A DNA stretch of 37,596 bases from a virus (taxonomy: Duplodnaviria; Heunggongvirae; Uroviricota; Caudoviricetes): IMG/VR virus record IMGVR_UViG_2558860170_000006. One strand, 5' to 3'. Position numbers and translations under genes: made by a program. Of this stretch, positions 37,236-37,596 are shown piece after piece (the stretch's first letter is position 1; every line of letters starts with the position of its first letter). The notes below the pieces were generated by a model. It made no database searches and was not told the origin of the DNA. It saw nothing but the letters and a program-made list of their open reading frames with translations.

Positions 37236-37596
37236 AGCCTGAGTTTAACGGACACTCCTTCCTGAAATAGAATGGCATCAGAAGGAGCTAATAATGAGCA
37301 GAAAAACCCAACGTTACTCTAAAGAGTTCAAAGCCGAAGCTGTCAGAACGGTTCTTGAAAATCAACTTTCGATCAGTGAAGGCGCTTCCCGATTATCTCT
37401 TCCTGAAGGCACTTTAGGACAATGGGTTACCGCCGCCAGAAAAGGGCTCGGTACTCCTGGTTCCCGCACGGTGGCTGAACTGGAATCTGAAATTCTGCAA
37501 CTGCGTAAGGCGTTAAATGAAGCTCGCCTTGAGCGAGATATATTAAAAAAAGCAACAGCGTATTTTGCACAGGAGTCGCTGAAAAATACGCGTTAA
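37230..37596 (+). mobile_element. IS600, 5' 367 bp (runs off the window end)
   Basis: Begins TGAGGTAGCCTGAGTTTAACGGACACTCC…, as in the other two copies. Confidence 0.9.
37294..37596 (+). CDS. IS600 OrfA
   Basis: 100-aa ORF identical to the copy at 23040-23342. Confidence 0.9.
   Translation: MSRKTQRYSKEFKAEAVRTVLENQLSISEGASRLSLPEGTLGQWVTAARKGLGTPGSRTVAELESEILQLRKALNEARLERDILKKATAYFAQESLKNTR

Overview
This 37.6-kb window is a slice of an Escherichia/Shigella-type chromosome carrying the late half of a decayed lambdoid prophage, read mostly on the minus strand, and it is heavily eroded by insertion sequences. Everything below is from reading the sequence and the ORF track; no database search was run.

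Prophage content, in transcription order (high to low coordinates):
- nin-region genes: a truncated operon of small ORFs, Hok toxin, a NinG-like Cys/His protein, a DUF1364-like protein and RusA.
- Antiterminator Q, followed by a pR'-like promoter and tR' terminator.
- An orphan DPPY-motif DNA methyltransferase and a three-tRNA cluster (ileZ-argN-argO-like).
- About 1 kb of non-coding DNA with two paralogous structured modules, sitting where stxAB lies in Stx phages. No toxin gene is present.
- NanS-p-type esterase and an S holin. There is no endolysin or Rz.
- A complete lambda-like tail module: Z, U, V, G/G-T, H, M, L, K, I, J, lom, stf, tfa.
- A Mu-G/e14-P-type invertible tail-fibre segment with a decayed pin invertase gene.

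Decay and insertions:
- The packaging and head module is missing: an IS21-family element sits in the FII 3' end, and IS600 is nested in its istB.
- There are three IS1 copies and three IS600 copies. None of the IS600 copies has a target-site duplication.
- J carries an in-frame TGA and a frameshift; the alternative fibre tip carries an in-frame TAG.

Other content: an AT-rich SAM-dependent methyltransferase bracketed by ~140-bp direct repeats, a Rha-family regulator, and several candidate small RNAs and repeat arrays.

I did not find a clearly novel multi-gene system. The most interesting items are the locked tail-fibre switch, the duplicated non-coding modules in the stx-equivalent slot, the 23-bp GATC-containing repeat array, and the repeat-flanked methyltransferase cassette.
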